Shown: in pieces, positions 17,479-28,600 of the stretch
Position numbering within the stretch: the first letter of the stretch is position 1
Layout: each line of letters begins with the position of its first letter
Assembly (NCBI GenBank): GCA_963771075.1
Contig: CAVYSE010000021.1
Coordinates: 1 to 64,000, forward strand
Origin: a candidate division FCPU426 bacterium
GTDB taxonomy: Bacteria; Oederibacteriota; Muellerivitia; Muellerivitales; Muellerivitaceae
Length of the DNA stretch: 64,000 nucleotides
Direction: 5' to 3'
Position numbers and translations under genes: made by a program
Notes under the pieces: generated by a model
Seen by the model: the letters and a program-made list of their open reading frames with translations, nothing else
What the model was told of the DNA's origin: nothing
The model's database searches: none

Positions 17479-17790
17479 TCAAACGGCTTTGAGATTTTTT
17501 TCCAAAACCCGAGTCACCTCGGGGATGTTCATTCCCCTCAACTTGACCACCTTATGGCGGGACGCCTTGCCCCGTTCCACCGTCAAATCCGTCTTCGCGG
17601 CGCCCAGCAAATCGGAGATAAAACGCAGGAGCGCCTCGTTCGCCGCGCCCTCCACCGGGGGCGCCATGATTTTTATTTTCAATTCCCCGTTTTCGACCCC
17701 CACCACCCGGTTCCGGGCGGAACGGGGCACCAGCTTGACCCGTAATAAACAATCCCCTTCCACCTGGCGCAAAACCGAGTCCCATTCCAT
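17479..17790 (-). CDS. yggU: DUF167 family protein
   Basis: APPVEGAAN motif; yggT-proC-yggS gene context. Confidence 0.88.
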   Translation of the reverse strand: MEWDSVLRQVEGDCLLRVKLVPRSARNRVVGVENGELKIKIMAPPVEGAANEALLRFISDLLGAAKTDLTVERGKASRHKVVKLRGMNIPEVTRVLEKNLKAV

Positions 17791-17794
17791 CCAT

Positions 17795-18076
17795 TCACCC
17801 CCTCAGGGCGAAGCCCCAGAGGCAGAGCCACGGAATCCCGAACCGGCCCAGCATCCACAGGATGAAAGCCAACCCCAATCCCCGGCTGTCAAAGCCGTTC
17901 CATTGGAACGAAAACCAGCTCCGGCAAGGTTTCAGCAAGGGTAACGTCAGGTAAAAAAAGAGCTTCCGCACCGGGTTGAGGAAGCTTCCCGGCAGGGAAT
18001 GGAAGAGCCAATCCATCATCAAAACCAGGGCATAAACGTTGCAAAACAGGGTGAGTAAAAGGGCCAGGAAGATCAT
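17795..18076 (-). CDS. yggT: YggT-family membrane protein, divergent
   Basis: Small membrane ORF with LTLPLLKP...FD motif; gene context. Confidence 0.65.
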   Translation of the reverse strand: MIFLALLLTLFCNVYALVLMMDWLFHSLPGSFLNPVRKLFFYLTLPLLKPCRSWFSFQWNGFDSRGLGLAFILWMLGRFGIPWLCLWGFALRG

Positions 18077-18897
18077 GACTCGGCCATCCGGCGCAGTTCC
18101 GCCCCGCGGTTTACGGCCGATTGGATCGCGGCTTCCACCGTCTCTTTAAATTTTCCCACGGCCATCGCTTCCAGGGCGGCCTGGGTGGTCCCCCCGGGGG
18201 AAGTCACCTGGGCCCTCAGTTCCTCGGGCGTTTTACCCGTTTCCAAAATCATCCGGGCCGCGCCCAGGGCCGTTTGGGCGGCCAATAATTTCGCGACCTC
18301 CGGTTTCAAGCCGCCGCGAACGCCTTGTTCCACCATGATCTCCACCATGTGGAAAAAATAAGCCGGTCCGCTTCCCGAAAGGGCGGTGACGAGATCCATC
18401 TGGTCTTCCCTGACCTCCACCGCCTTCCCCACCGCCGAGAAGAGTTCCAGGACCCTTTGGACATGCTTTTTTTTCGCCCTTCCGCCCCCGGCCACCGCCG
18501 CCATTCCGGCGCCGAGCAATGCGGGGGTATTGGGCATGACCCGGACGACGGGGCATCCTTGGGGAAGGAACTTCTCGATTTGCCGGGTCGAAATCCCGGC
18601 GGCGATGGATACCACCAGGGCCTCGCGGGGAAAAAGGGGGCCCGCCTGGGCCAGGAGGCCCTTCATTTGCTGGGGCTTCGTCGCCAGGAGGACCAGATCC
18701 GCCCGGGGCAGAATCTTGGTCGGATCGGTTTGGGTTTTGATCTTGAGGGGACCCGCCGATTTTCTCAGCTTGGCCCCGTCGATATCGACCGCCGTGATTC
18801 GGGAGGCGGGAATCATCCGGTTACGGACCCATCCCCGGACCAAGGCGCTGCCCATGGCCCCAAAGCCCAATACCACCGTGTCTTGTTTGTTTTTCAT
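18073..18897 (-). CDS. proC: Pyrroline-5-carboxylate reductase
   Basis: GFGAMG, RVMPNTP, SGSGPAY and VTSPGGTT motifs. Confidence 0.95.
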   Translation of the reverse strand: MKNKQDTVVLGFGAMGSALVRGWVRNRMIPASRITAVDIDGAKLRKSAGPLKIKTQTDPTKILPRADLVLLATKPQQMKGLLAQAGPLFPREALVVSIAAGISTRQIEKFLPQGCPVVRVMPNTPALLGAGMAAVAGGGRAKKKHVQRVLELFSAVGKAVEVREDQMDLVTALSGSGPAYFFHMVEIMVEQGVRGGLKPEVAKLLAAQTALGAARMILETGKTPEELRAQVTSPGGTTQAALEAMAVGKFKETVEAAIQSAVNRGAELRRMAES

Positions 18898-19194
18898 GGT
18901 TCCATCCTCATTCCCGACATTGTAGCGGGCCCCGATAGGCGGCACGAATTTTTTATTTTAAGAATTTCTAACAAAATCCAATATTTACCACAGAGACACG
19001 GAGACACAGAGTAAACCCGGACAATTGGTTTAAGATTCCTTGAGTTTAGAAATATTTTTTCCTGTCCCCTTTCGCCCAAAAGGCGAAAGAAAACGGGACA
19101 ATACCGACCCCATTTAATGTCTTATGGATGGTCGGCATGTGCCTCTGTGGCCGCCAAAGGCGGCCTGTGGTGAAATTAGGTTTTGTTATAGTCT

Positions 19195-19869
19195 CTAAGT
19201 CCTGCCGCCAAAGAGGGCGGACCCCACCCTCACCAGGGTCGAACCTTCTTCGATCGCCATTTCAAAATCACCGCTCATTCCCATCGAAAGAATGTCGAAA
19301 GCGGGACCGGCGCTCCCGGCCGCCCGGTCAAAAAGTTCCTTGAGGGTTTTAAACGCGTCCCTTTGCCGCGCGGCGTCCTCCGTCAAGGGCCCCACCGTCA
19401 TCAGGCCGCGCAAACGAAGTTTGGGCAAGGAACCGATTTCCCGGATCGCCGCCAGGGCCCGATCCGGCGGAATCCCGGATTTGGACGTTTCGCCCGAGGT
19501 ATTGACCTCCAGCAAAATGTCCTGGGGGTTTTCGCCCAATCGTTTGGAGAGGGCCTGGGCCAAGTCCACCCCGTCGATGGAGTGGATCAAATCGAACTTG
19601 CCGATGGTTTTATTGATCTTGTTGGTCTGAAGCTGGCCGATGAGATGCCAATGGATGTCTTGGGGGAGGAAAGGCATTTTTTCGAGCGATTCCTGGACGC
19701 GGTTCTCGCCGAAATGGCGGAGGCCGCAATCGTAGGCCGCTTGGATGGTTTCAGCCGGGAAGGTTTTGGTCACCGCCAACAGGGAAACCGATTGCGGGGG
19801 GCGCCCCGACCGCGCGGCCGCTTCCCCCATGCGGCCCCGAATCTCGCTAATTCGCTGGGCAATATTCAC
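19195..19869 (-). CDS. yggS: PLP homeostasis protein
   Basis: LAVTK, FGENRVQE, LSMGMSGDF and VRVGSALFG motifs. Confidence 0.95.
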   Translation of the reverse strand: MNIAQRISEIRGRMGEAAARSGRPPQSVSLLAVTKTFPAETIQAAYDCGLRHFGENRVQESLEKMPFLPQDIHWHLIGQLQTNKINKTIGKFDLIHSIDGVDLAQALSKRLGENPQDILLEVNTSGETSKSGIPPDRALAAIREIGSLPKLRLRGLMTVGPLTEDAARQRDAFKTLKELFDRAAGSAGPAFDILSMGMSGDFEMAIEEGSTLVRVGSALFGGRT

Positions 19870-19898
19870 GCATGCCGCCCTTGGCCTTTATTGGAAGA

Positions 19899-20837
19899 TC
19901 AGGACTTTTTCTTGGGGCCTGAAAGGAGGTTCCATTCCACGAGAATGGGGCTCGCCACGAAAACCGATGAATAGGTACCCACGATCACGCCCGCCAGGAG
20001 GGTCATGGCGAAGTCTTTCAAGGTGTCGCTTCCCATGATGCAAAGGGGTAAAAGGGTCAGGAACACTGTCAAACTCGTGTTAATCGTCCGGCTGAGGGTC
20101 TCATTCACGCTCAAATTGACCAGCCCGGAAAAGGTTTGATCCTTCAGCAATAGCCTCATGTTTTCCCGGATACGGTCGAAATTAACCACCGTATCGTTCA
20201 GGGAGTAACCCGCCAGGGTCAAGAGGGCCGTGACCTGCAGGAGGTTGAATTCCCTGCCCGTCAGGATGATGAAGCCCAGGATCACCAGGATGTCGTGGAA
20301 GGTCGTGATGATGGCCGCCACGGCGAACCTGAAATCGAACCTCCAGGCGATGTAGATCAGGATCCCGAACATGGCGATCATGAAAGCGTTGGTGGCGTCT
20401 TCCCGCAATTTTTGGGAAACCGCCGGACCGACCTCGTCGGAGCCGTCCAACACGAAATGGGCGTCCGGGAAATTCTTGTTAAATACGGTCAAGACTTCCT
20501 CGCCGATGCTGCCCACCGCCTTGGTCGGGTCGTGCTTGATCTTGATGATCATCTTGAATGAATTGGAGGTGGAATCGTCCTTGACCTGCTGGATTTGGGC
20601 CTCGGGAAATCCTTCCCCCTTCAAGGTTTGCCGGATGGGGTCCAGGTCCACGGCCTTTTGGGACGATATCCTTAATTGGACACCCGCCCCGAAATCCGTA
20701 CCGAGATTGGCCTTGCCCTGGTAAAGCAAAACAATGGCGTAAACCCCGGCCAAACAGGCCAAGCCGGAAAGCCCCAGGAAAAACCTGCGGACCTTCATGA
20801 AGTCGATTTTCGGTTCCTTAAACCACTGAAACATCAT
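19899..20837 (-). CDS. secF: Protein translocase subunit SecF
   Basis: GYSLNDTVVNFDRIRE and GTYSSVFVASP motifs. Confidence 0.95.
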   Translation of the reverse strand: MMFQWFKEPKIDFMKVRRFFLGLSGLACLAGVYAIVLLYQGKANLGTDFGAGVQLRISSQKAVDLDPIRQTLKGEGFPEAQIQQVKDDSTSNSFKMIIKIKHDPTKAVGSIGEEVLTVFNKNFPDAHFVLDGSDEVGPAVSQKLREDATNAFMIAMFGILIYIAWRFDFRFAVAAIITTFHDILVILGFIILTGREFNLLQVTALLTLAGYSLNDTVVNFDRIRENMRLLLKDQTFSGLVNLSVNETLSRTINTSLTVFLTLLPLCIMGSDTLKDFAMTLLAGVIVGTYSSVFVASPILVEWNLLSGPKKKS

Positions 20838-20856
20838 TGGGATGCCTTTCCGTTCG

Positions 20857-22158
20857 TTAAATGCTTAAGCCTTGGTATTCCTTGCGGGCGTCAAAAATCA
20901 TCTTGGTAATCACGACGGCGGTAAAGAGGCTGAGGGCCACGCCCAAACTCAGGGTCACGGCGAATCCCTTGATGGGCCCCGTCCCGAACTGGAACAAGAC
21001 CGCGGCCGAAATGAGCGTGGTGACATGGGTGTCGATAATGGCCACCAGGGCGCGATGGTAACCCGCGTCGATGGCGGACCGGATGGTTTTTCCCGCCTTC
21101 AGTTCCTCGCGGATACGCTCGAAAATAAGGACGTTGGAATCAACCGACAATCCCAAGGTCAGGATGATGCCGGCGATACCCGGAAGGGTCAAAGTGGCCT
21201 GCAGGAGGGACAAACAACCCATCAGGAAAATCAGGTTCACCAAAAGCCCGACGTTGGCGATGATCCCGGAGACCTGGTAATAAATGGCCATGAAAACCAG
21301 CACCAGTAGGAGCCCGTAAATGGCCGCCCAAGTTCCCTTCTTAACCGAATCCGCCCCCAAGGTCGGACCCACCTGGAATTGCCCGGTCACTTTTAAGGGA
21401 GCCGGTAACGCGCCCGCCTGGAGGATGAGCGCCAGGTCCTTGGCTTCCTCATCCGTAAAACTCCCGGTAATCTGCCCCTGGCCCCCGGGAATGCGGGTTT
21501 GAATGTTGGGCGCCGAATAGACCTTGTTGTCGAGGACGATCGCCAAATGCCGGTTAATGTTCTCGCCGGTAATGATCCCGAATTTGTGGCCCCCCTCCGC
21601 GTTCATTTTAAAGGAGATGATGGGGCGGCCATATTGATCCGTAATGACCTTCGCTTCCACCAGGGAGGCGCCCGTTAGGAGCACGTCTTCCAATAGGTAA
21701 CCGCCCTCTTCCTTGCCGGGAAAATAAGTAATCCCCTTGGGAAGTTTGGCCGGGTCGATCTTTCCGTCCTTATCCTGGTAATCCGATTCACGCAAATTGG
21801 AAACTAAACGAAATTCCAACTGCGCCGTTGAAAGGATCACATCCCTGGCGCGCTTGATATCGCTTAAGCCCGGCAGCTGGATGACGATACCGTCGGTCCC
21901 TTCCCGCTCCAAAACGGGCTCGCTGACGCCCAGCCCATCCACGCGATTTCTCAGGATTTCCAGGGCGCGGTCGGCCGCTTGGGAGATTTCATCCTCGGTT
22001 TTGCCCTGCATTTTGTCCCGGTCAACGGCCATGTTCATATGCAATCCGCCCTTAATATCCAATCCCAACTTGAGTTTTTTGGAGGGGGGATAAAGCACAT
22101 AAATACAACCAAATACCATTAGCAGAACCACAATGGCCATCAACTTTTGTGCGGTCAC
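20857..22158 (-). CDS. secD: Protein translocase subunit SecD
   Basis: LGLDIKGG, RVDGLGVSEP and VDSNVLIFERIREE motifs. Confidence 0.95.
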   Translation of the reverse strand: MTAQKLMAIVVLLMVFGCIYVLYPPSKKLKLGLDIKGGLHMNMAVDRDKMQGKTEDEISQAADRALEILRNRVDGLGVSEPVLEREGTDGIVIQLPGLSDIKRARDVILSTAQLEFRLVSNLRESDYQDKDGKIDPAKLPKGITYFPGKEEGGYLLEDVLLTGASLVEAKVITDQYGRPIISFKMNAEGGHKFGIITGENINRHLAIVLDNKVYSAPNIQTRIPGGQGQITGSFTDEEAKDLALILQAGALPAPLKVTGQFQVGPTLGADSVKKGTWAAIYGLLLVLVFMAIYYQVSGIIANVGLLVNLIFLMGCLSLLQATLTLPGIAGIILTLGLSVDSNVLIFERIREELKAGKTIRSAIDAGYHRALVAIIDTHVTTLISAAVLFQFGTGPIKGFAVTLSLGVALSLFTAVVITKMIFDARKEYQGLSI

Positions 22159-22357
22159 GGAAAACCTTTCAAGGAATGGGATTTTATGAAATTGAAGGCC
22201 TTCTCAGGGCACTTCTCGGGGAAAAACGGTGGCAGTATAGAAAAAAAACCGAAAAACTGTCAATAAAATGCGGTAGGGATAGGGTTCCGGTTTGGGGTCC
22301 TTGTCACCTTGGGCCCGAAGGCCCATGAAACAAGACTATACCAACCTCTTTATTGGG

Positions 22358-22771
22358 TCATTGCGTCGGCACGGACGCCTTATGGGGCGCTTTTAACACG
22401 CCTTTCAGTTGTTCCCGCAACATGTCGGGCGATATGACACCCACCCAGTTTTTGACTACCTTGCCTTTTTTTAATACGAATGTCGCCGGGATGGCCGATA
22501 TATTAAATTGCCGGTCCAAATTAGGGTTATCATCCACGTTCACCCGGCAAACCTTTAGCTTATTTCCATAGTCTTTGGCGACTTCATCCACCACAGGTCC
22601 ATACATCCGGCAGGGGCCGCACCAGGTCGCCCAAAAATCGATCAAGACGGGCACCTTTGAGTTTAAAACGTCTTTCTGGAAGCTGTCATCGGTGGTGTTG
22701 ATCACTTGGCCGAAACCCATGGCGGGCGCGCACAGGAGGATCAAAAGCAGTACTTTTTTGAAGAAGGGCAA
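22358..22771 (-). CDS. Thioredoxin paralog with N-terminal signal peptide
   Basis: WCGPC active site preceded by a hydrophobic leader. Confidence 0.85.
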   Translation of the reverse strand: MPFFKKVLLLILLCAPAMGFGQVINTTDDSFQKDVLNSKVPVLIDFWATWCGPCRMYGPVVDEVAKDYGNKLKVCRVNVDDNPNLDRQFNISAIPATFVLKKGKVVKNWVGVISPDMLREQLKGVLKAPHKASVPTQ

Positions 22772-22821
22772 AAGAACCTCAATCCGATCAACCAGGGTAA
22801 CCGCGACTTACCATCCAGGCC

Positions 22822-23148
22822 TTAACCCAGGACTTCCCCTATTTCACTTACCAATTTCGACTTCGGATGGGCACCGACCAGTTGTTTCACCATTTGCCCG
22901 TTTTTGAAAAACAAGAGGGTGGGTATGCTTCGGATATGGTAGTCCATTGAAACCTGCTGGTTTTCATCCACATTGACCTTGGCGATCTTGATTTTTCCGT
23001 CATATTCCTTGGCCAATTCATCCAAGACCGGGCCTACCATCCGGCAGGGGCCGCACCATTCCGCCCAGAAATCCACCAAAACAGGCTCTTTCGCCTCTAA
23101 CACGTCTTTTTTGAAATTTCCATCGGTGGTGTGAACGGTAGCGCCCAT
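22822..23148 (-). CDS. trxA: Thioredoxin
   Basis: [10 protein letters not shown]. Confidence 0.95.
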   Translation of the reverse strand: MGATVHTTDGNFKKDVLEAKEPVLVDFWAEWCGPCRMVGPVLDELAKEYDGKIKIAKVNVDENQQVSMDYHIRSIPTLLFFKNGQMVKQLVGAHPKSKLVSEIGEVLG

Positions 23149-23269
23149 GAATTCCTCCAGTCAAGATCAATGCAGGGCACTTTCTTCCGCCCTTCACCTG
23201 TGAGAATCAGTTTAGGAACCACAACTGGTAGTGTCAAGGACCCCGGTTGGTTCCGACGGAACCCGGCGC

Positions 23270-24631
23270 CTAGGGTTCAGGCCCTTTTAAATCCCAAAGA
23301 CTCGCCCTCAACCGGGGCGTTAACCCTTGGGGGACTCCTTCCAAACAAATAACCCTTTTACCGAATCTTTCCAAATAAGCCTCTTTTTGATCCGCGAGCA
23401 AAACCCAGCAAATGCCCTCGTCCGATCGAATCCAGCTTTGAATTGGAACCTTTTTTTTCAGGAGAATTTCAGCCGCTTTGAAAAAGGCTTCCGAGGATTG
23501 ATCGTCCCTGAAGGAGAGGTAAGAGGTCAAAAGGATGGAGGAATCGCTGGTCGCCTCGTAGGCTTGAACCCCATCCCCTTTCCATCCCTGAACCGCCCGC
23601 GAGGCCTCCTCTTTTTCAACATAATTTCCCAATACGCTTTCCCAGCCGTATTCCCCCAGGGAATTCTTCCAGATGAGCCGGTAATCCCGAAGCAAGGTTT
23701 GGGTCAAATCCTCCAATTCCACCCTGACGAAAGGCAGGGGTTTGGGACAATACCCGTTTAGCTCAATGATTTGTTGGGTCGATCGCGGTGGGTTTTGATA
23801 TACCTCTCCCGCGCTTTTCCATCCATGGAGCCGGACCCAGCGCTGAAAAAAAGTCACGCCGTAGACATAGGGAAAGTTGATGGGATCGGCGGACAGGGCC
23901 CTTTTCCCCACGGCTTTAAGCCCGTTCCTTTCCAACATTTGGCCCAGCTCGACCCAGGGCGCGATGTCCCCGATGCGCGTAAAATCCTTTCCTTCCTCCC
24001 TGAGTTTCCAGTCCAGGGACAACCCCTCCGCCTCGCCCTCGATCATCGCGGTACGGGCGAACTGCTCGTCCAGCGTGAACGAACTTTGTTCCCTCAATTC
24101 GCTTCCCAGGTCGAATTGCATGTCTTGAAGGGCGTGGACCAACTCATGGGCCATGACCCTTTCCTGGTTGCCCGGGCTGATACCCCGGAGCAAATAAAGG
24201 GTTTTGGTATCCGGATCGTAAAGCCCCTGGACCAGGGTTAGGAACAGGCGCAAATAAGTCGTGATCAGGTCGTCGTTTTTCCCGAGCAGGCCAAGGGCCC
24301 GAAAGGCCGCCTCATCATTTTCTTTTTCAGGGGACGGATATTGGGATTGGAGCCGCCTCAGGTAATACCGCGCGAAAAATTCCTTGTCCGCCAAGGCGAG
24401 TTTCACTTTCCTCGTGATGGGGACTCCCCGCATAACGGACAATTCTTGGAGGATGCCGTCCGCTTCCTGGGCCAATTCATCCTGGGTTTGAAGGGAGGCG
24501 ATCCCTTCCAGGTTAACGTTGGGAAGGGGGGCGGCCCGGACGCCCAAGGGGATCAAGAAAATCGAGGATAGCCCCAAAAGCCCCGGGAACCCCAGCCGCT
24601 TAGCCCCGTAGAAAACGGTACCCCTCCTCAA
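23270..24631 (-). CDS. Secreted HExxH protein, putative metallopeptidase
   Basis: AHELVHALQD and IEGEA motifs; signal peptide. Confidence 0.7.
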   Translation of the reverse strand: MRRGTVFYGAKRLGFPGLLGLSSIFLIPLGVRAAPLPNVNLEGIASLQTQDELAQEADGILQELSVMRGVPITRKVKLALADKEFFARYYLRRLQSQYPSPEKENDEAAFRALGLLGKNDDLITTYLRLFLTLVQGLYDPDTKTLYLLRGISPGNQERVMAHELVHALQDMQFDLGSELREQSSFTLDEQFARTAMIEGEAEGLSLDWKLREEGKDFTRIGDIAPWVELGQMLERNGLKAVGKRALSADPINFPYVYGVTFFQRWVRLHGWKSAGEVYQNPPRSTQQIIELNGYCPKPLPFVRVELEDLTQTLLRDYRLIWKNSLGEYGWESVLGNYVEKEEASRAVQGWKGDGVQAYEATSDSSILLTSYLSFRDDQSSEAFFKAAEILLKKKVPIQSWIRSDEGICWVLLADQKEAYLERFGKRVICLEGVPQGLTPRLRASLWDLKGPEP

Positions 24632-25595
24632 TCATGCGCAAAACCTCCAAACCGTCCCGGCCCGAGGTGGAGGGTTGGGTTCCCTTCCGGATGGATTCGA
24701 CAAAATGCCCATAAATGGTCGGGCTGAAACTCCGGGAGGATAGCGGCGGATGGCTTTTCCCCTTGGAGTTTAAAAGGGAAAGGGTGATCGGGTCCCCTTT
24801 TGAAAGATTGACCGCCAAGGTTCCCTTGGAACCGTAAAAGATGAAGTGATTGTGGTATTCCGCGTCCATCCAACCGACGCTGACGTTTCCCACGATACCG
24901 CCCTGGAATTCAATCAAACAGGCGCAATGGAGTTCCGGGGCGGTCCTTTTTTTATTACGGCCGGGAACGGCCAGGGCGCCCTTCACCACCCCTTCCCTTT
25001 CCAGCATGAAGCGGAGGGTGTCGAAAGGATGGGAACCCAGGTCCATGAGGGCCCCCCCTCCCGATTTCAGGAGGTCAAAAAACCAGTCGGCGTTTTGGCT
25101 CCAAGCCCGGGGCCCCCGGTGGGTCAAATTGGCCTTAAAAGCCAATACCTTCCCGATGCTTCCCCGGTCCAGGATTTCCTTCGCGCTTCGGATGGCCGGG
25201 TCGAACCTCATGTTGTGATGCACCATGAGGACCCTTTTGCGCGCCTTCGCGGCCCGGACCATCCGCGTGCCTTCGCGATGGCTCACGGCCATCGGTTTCT
25301 CGACCAATACGTGTTTCCCCCTGGCCAAAGCCGCCAGGGTGATGGGCAGGTGGGTGAAATTGGGCGTGCAGATGGAGACCGCGTCTAAATGATCCGAGTC
25401 CAACATCTTCCGCCAATCGGTGAATATGTGGGGAATGCCGTAGCGCAGGGCGACTTGCCGGGCATGGTCTTCCCTTTTGGAGTGGACCGCCGTCAGGACG
25501 CAGTTGGGCGTTTTGGCGTAACCGGGCAAATGGGCCTTCAGGGCGATTTGCCCCAGGCCGATGACACCGATGCGCACGGGATTGGTTTTGTTCAT
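24600..25595 (-). CDS. Gfo/Idh/MocA oxidoreductase
   Basis: GLGQIA, HVLVEKP and GGALMDLGSH motifs. Confidence 0.92.
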   Translation of the reverse strand: MNKTNPVRIGVIGLGQIALKAHLPGYAKTPNCVLTAVHSKREDHARQVALRYGIPHIFTDWRKMLDSDHLDAVSICTPNFTHLPITLAALARGKHVLVEKPMAVSHREGTRMVRAAKARKRVLMVHHNMRFDPAIRSAKEILDRGSIGKVLAFKANLTHRGPRAWSQNADWFFDLLKSGGGALMDLGSHPFDTLRFMLEREGVVKGALAVPGRNKKRTAPELHCACLIEFQGGIVGNVSVGWMDAEYHNHFIFYGSKGTLAVNLSKGDPITLSLLNSKGKSHPPLSSRSFSPTIYGHFVESIRKGTQPSTSGRDGLEVLRMIEEGYRFLRG

Positions 25596-25633
25596 GGGAG
25601 GATTATAACCCGGTTGGGGCCGCGGTCATGCCC

Positions 25634-28600
25634 TCAACGCAGGAGGAGGATTTTACGGATGAATTTTTGGGATCCGCCGCCTGAAAAGGTGACCTTTAAA
25701 TAATAAAGCCCGCTTGAAGCTTGATTCCCGAATTGGTCCAGCCCGTCCCAGGAGAGGTAGCCATAACCGTTCAAAGCAACGGTTCCCCACCTGATTTTCC
25801 TGAAGCCCGTGGTGAAAACGGACCATTCCGCGGAACCCTGGTCCGGATCATAAACATCGACGATGATCGGTTTGCCGCCGTTTGAGGGGTTCGGGAAGGG
25901 GGCCGAAACCCAAACGGACGCTTGGGGAGTAAGGGTGGGGAAAGGCGTCAGGCTTGGGACGGGCGTGTCGACCGGGGTCAAGGTAGCCGTGGGCGAAATC
26001 GTGGGGCTGGGGGTGGGGGTTAAGGACCTCGTCATGGTCCAAGTCGGTGTCGGGGTTTGGGTCGCTGTGGGCGTCGTCGTCCGGGTATCGGTCGCCGAGA
26101 AAGTGGGGGTCGGGGTGAAGGATGGCGTATTCGAATTGGTTTCGGTCGCGGTTGCGGTGTTTGTAAACCCAATGGTGGAGGTGGGGGTCGGGGAGAATGT
26201 CGGTGTCGTCGTACGGGTCGAGGTGAAACCCGGGGTCGGCGACCCGGAGGGTGTTGGAGTCGGGCTGGGAGAAAAGGTGAAGTAAGGGGTATTCACGGGT
26301 GTGTCCGTAATCGTGGAGTGTGGGGTAGGGCTCCAAGTGACGGTATTGATCACCGTTGGGGTAAGGGTGGGGGTGGAAGTCACCGTTAAAGTGAGGGTTT
26401 GGGTTGAAGTAAAACTCGCGCTAGGCGTAGAAGTGTAAGTCGCGGAAGGGGTGGAGGAAGGCACAGGATACGCCGTCAGTGTGGGGGTCAGGGTCAAGGT
26501 GGGTTGCAAAGTCGCCGTGGTTGAGTTGACCGGTGTCGGGGTTTGAGTGGAACTGAGGAGGACCGTTGGGGTCCAAGTAAAACTGTTGGTCAAGGAAGCG
26601 GTGGTCGTCGGCGTAGCGCTCCCCGTAGAGGTTGGGGTTGAATTTGGAGTTTGGGTGCGTGAAAAGGTGGATGTGGGTGAATCCGTATATGTATTCGTCG
26701 AGGTCGCAGTCGAAAATGGCGTATTCGTTAAGGTGACCCCAGGCGTATTGGTCCGGGTGAGCGTAGGGGTTGAAGTCGTGGAAAAGACGGGACTGGGGGT
26801 CAGGGTGAATGTGGAAGTGACCGTTTGGGAAAGGGTTGAGGTCGCCGTCAGGGTAAGAGTAGGGGTGATTACGGGAGTATGGGTATTCGTCAAAACCGTG
26901 CTCGGGGTCGGTGAAACCGTAACCGTTCCGGTGAGGGTAGGGCTGGAAGTGAGGGTATAGGTTTTTGTGGAGGTTTGGGTCAAGGTCGGGGTAACCGAAT
27001 TGGTTAAGGACGCGGTCAAGGTAAAGGTGGCCGTGTTTTGGGGAGTATTCGTCCGGGTGGAAGTGAAGGTGGATGTCACTGAAAAAGTGGGAGTGGGCGT
27101 CCCCGTTGGAATGGGAGTGGCCGTCAGGGTGGGGGTCAAGGTGGAGATAACGGTGGCCGTCCGGGTGGGAGTTAGGGTGAAAGGCGGGGTTGGGGTAAAG
27201 GTCAAGGTGGATGAAAAGGTAAAGGTAGCGGTTGGGGTCGGCGTATTGGAACGGGTAGCGGTCCAGGTGGAAGAATGGGTTGGGGTGGGACTCTGGGTGA
27301 AGGTGCGCGTGGGGGTGGGGGTGCCGGAGGGGGTTGGGGAAAAGGTCATCGTGGGGCTTGTCCCGCAATTCACCGTGGGGGTAGTGAGAGGTGTCGGGCT
27401 GGGAATGGGCGTGCAGGCCACGGCCCCGCAGGGTGAATTCACGTCGTAGGCGTGTTTCGCGGCCCAGATACAGTTGGCCCTCATATAATAAGGCGCCCGA
27501 ATATTGGCAAGGCCCGTGGTCCATGCCTCGGGCGTGCGGAACCACATTTGCCCCAGGTTCCAGACGCAATTGTAGAGGCTGTTCCCGATGGAAACCCCCT
27601 GGGTAAACATGCCCTCTTGGATCATGCCCGCGACCGCACCCCAAGTGGTGCCCACCCAGGCTTCCTGGGTTTGGGAAGTACTGGTATCGATCGCCCCCGC
27701 CGAGGTCATGACATTGACCACGCCATGGGTTCCCGTGTCGAATTTGGAGTAGTTATTATTGAAAACCGCCTGCCAGGCGCTGACCGCGTGCGACGCGGGA
27801 ACCACATCCGCCAGGCCGCAGGCTTTGGCGTACCATTGGCCGCAAAGTTGGTCGCTCATGATCCGCGCCACCCCGGTCACTCCGCCGGCCCCGCTCCCCG
27901 TGTCGATGTTGTAGTAGTTCCCCGTCGAGTCCCAAAGGTTGGTTTCGAAATCGGCCTGCCCGAGGGTCAGCCACGACTGGTAGGTGTTGGCCAGGGCGGC
28001 GTTTCCTTCCGCGGTCGCGATGGCTTTCCCAGCCTCACAAGCGGCGAGATAGAGGCTACCGCAATAGGACGTCTCACCGGTTAGCCCTAAATTGTCGTAG
28101 GTTTGGTCCACTCCGGTGGATATGGGGAGGTTATAGGTGACCCCGCCGGAAACGCACTGGCTATGGACCTTGGTCATCGCGGTTTGCACCGAAGGCCAGC
28201 AATAGTTCAGGAAGGCCGTATCGCTGCTGCCGGTGAGTTCCCAATCACGGTAAACCATGAGCACCAATTTGGAATTCAGGTCTTTCCAGGTCGTGGAGTC
28301 CCGGTAGGTGTAATCGTTCCACGCCGTGAAGACGTCGTTCAGGCTCCCGAAATCGTGGGCGCAGGTTCCGATGGCGGCAGGCCGGGGAAGGGTTTGGGAG
28401 GGGCTCACCACCACGCTGTCGCTGAACTGCTCGACCTCTTGTTTATCGATATTGGGCCACATTTGGGCCAGCGCCCAGGAACCGTAGAACCGGACGTCCG
28501 AGGTGCCGTAAAAAGCGTAGATATAGGATTCCAGGCTGCTGAACATGTCGGGGCCGGCGTCATAAGAGGTGTTTCCATATTGGCCCGCTTCCCAGATCGT

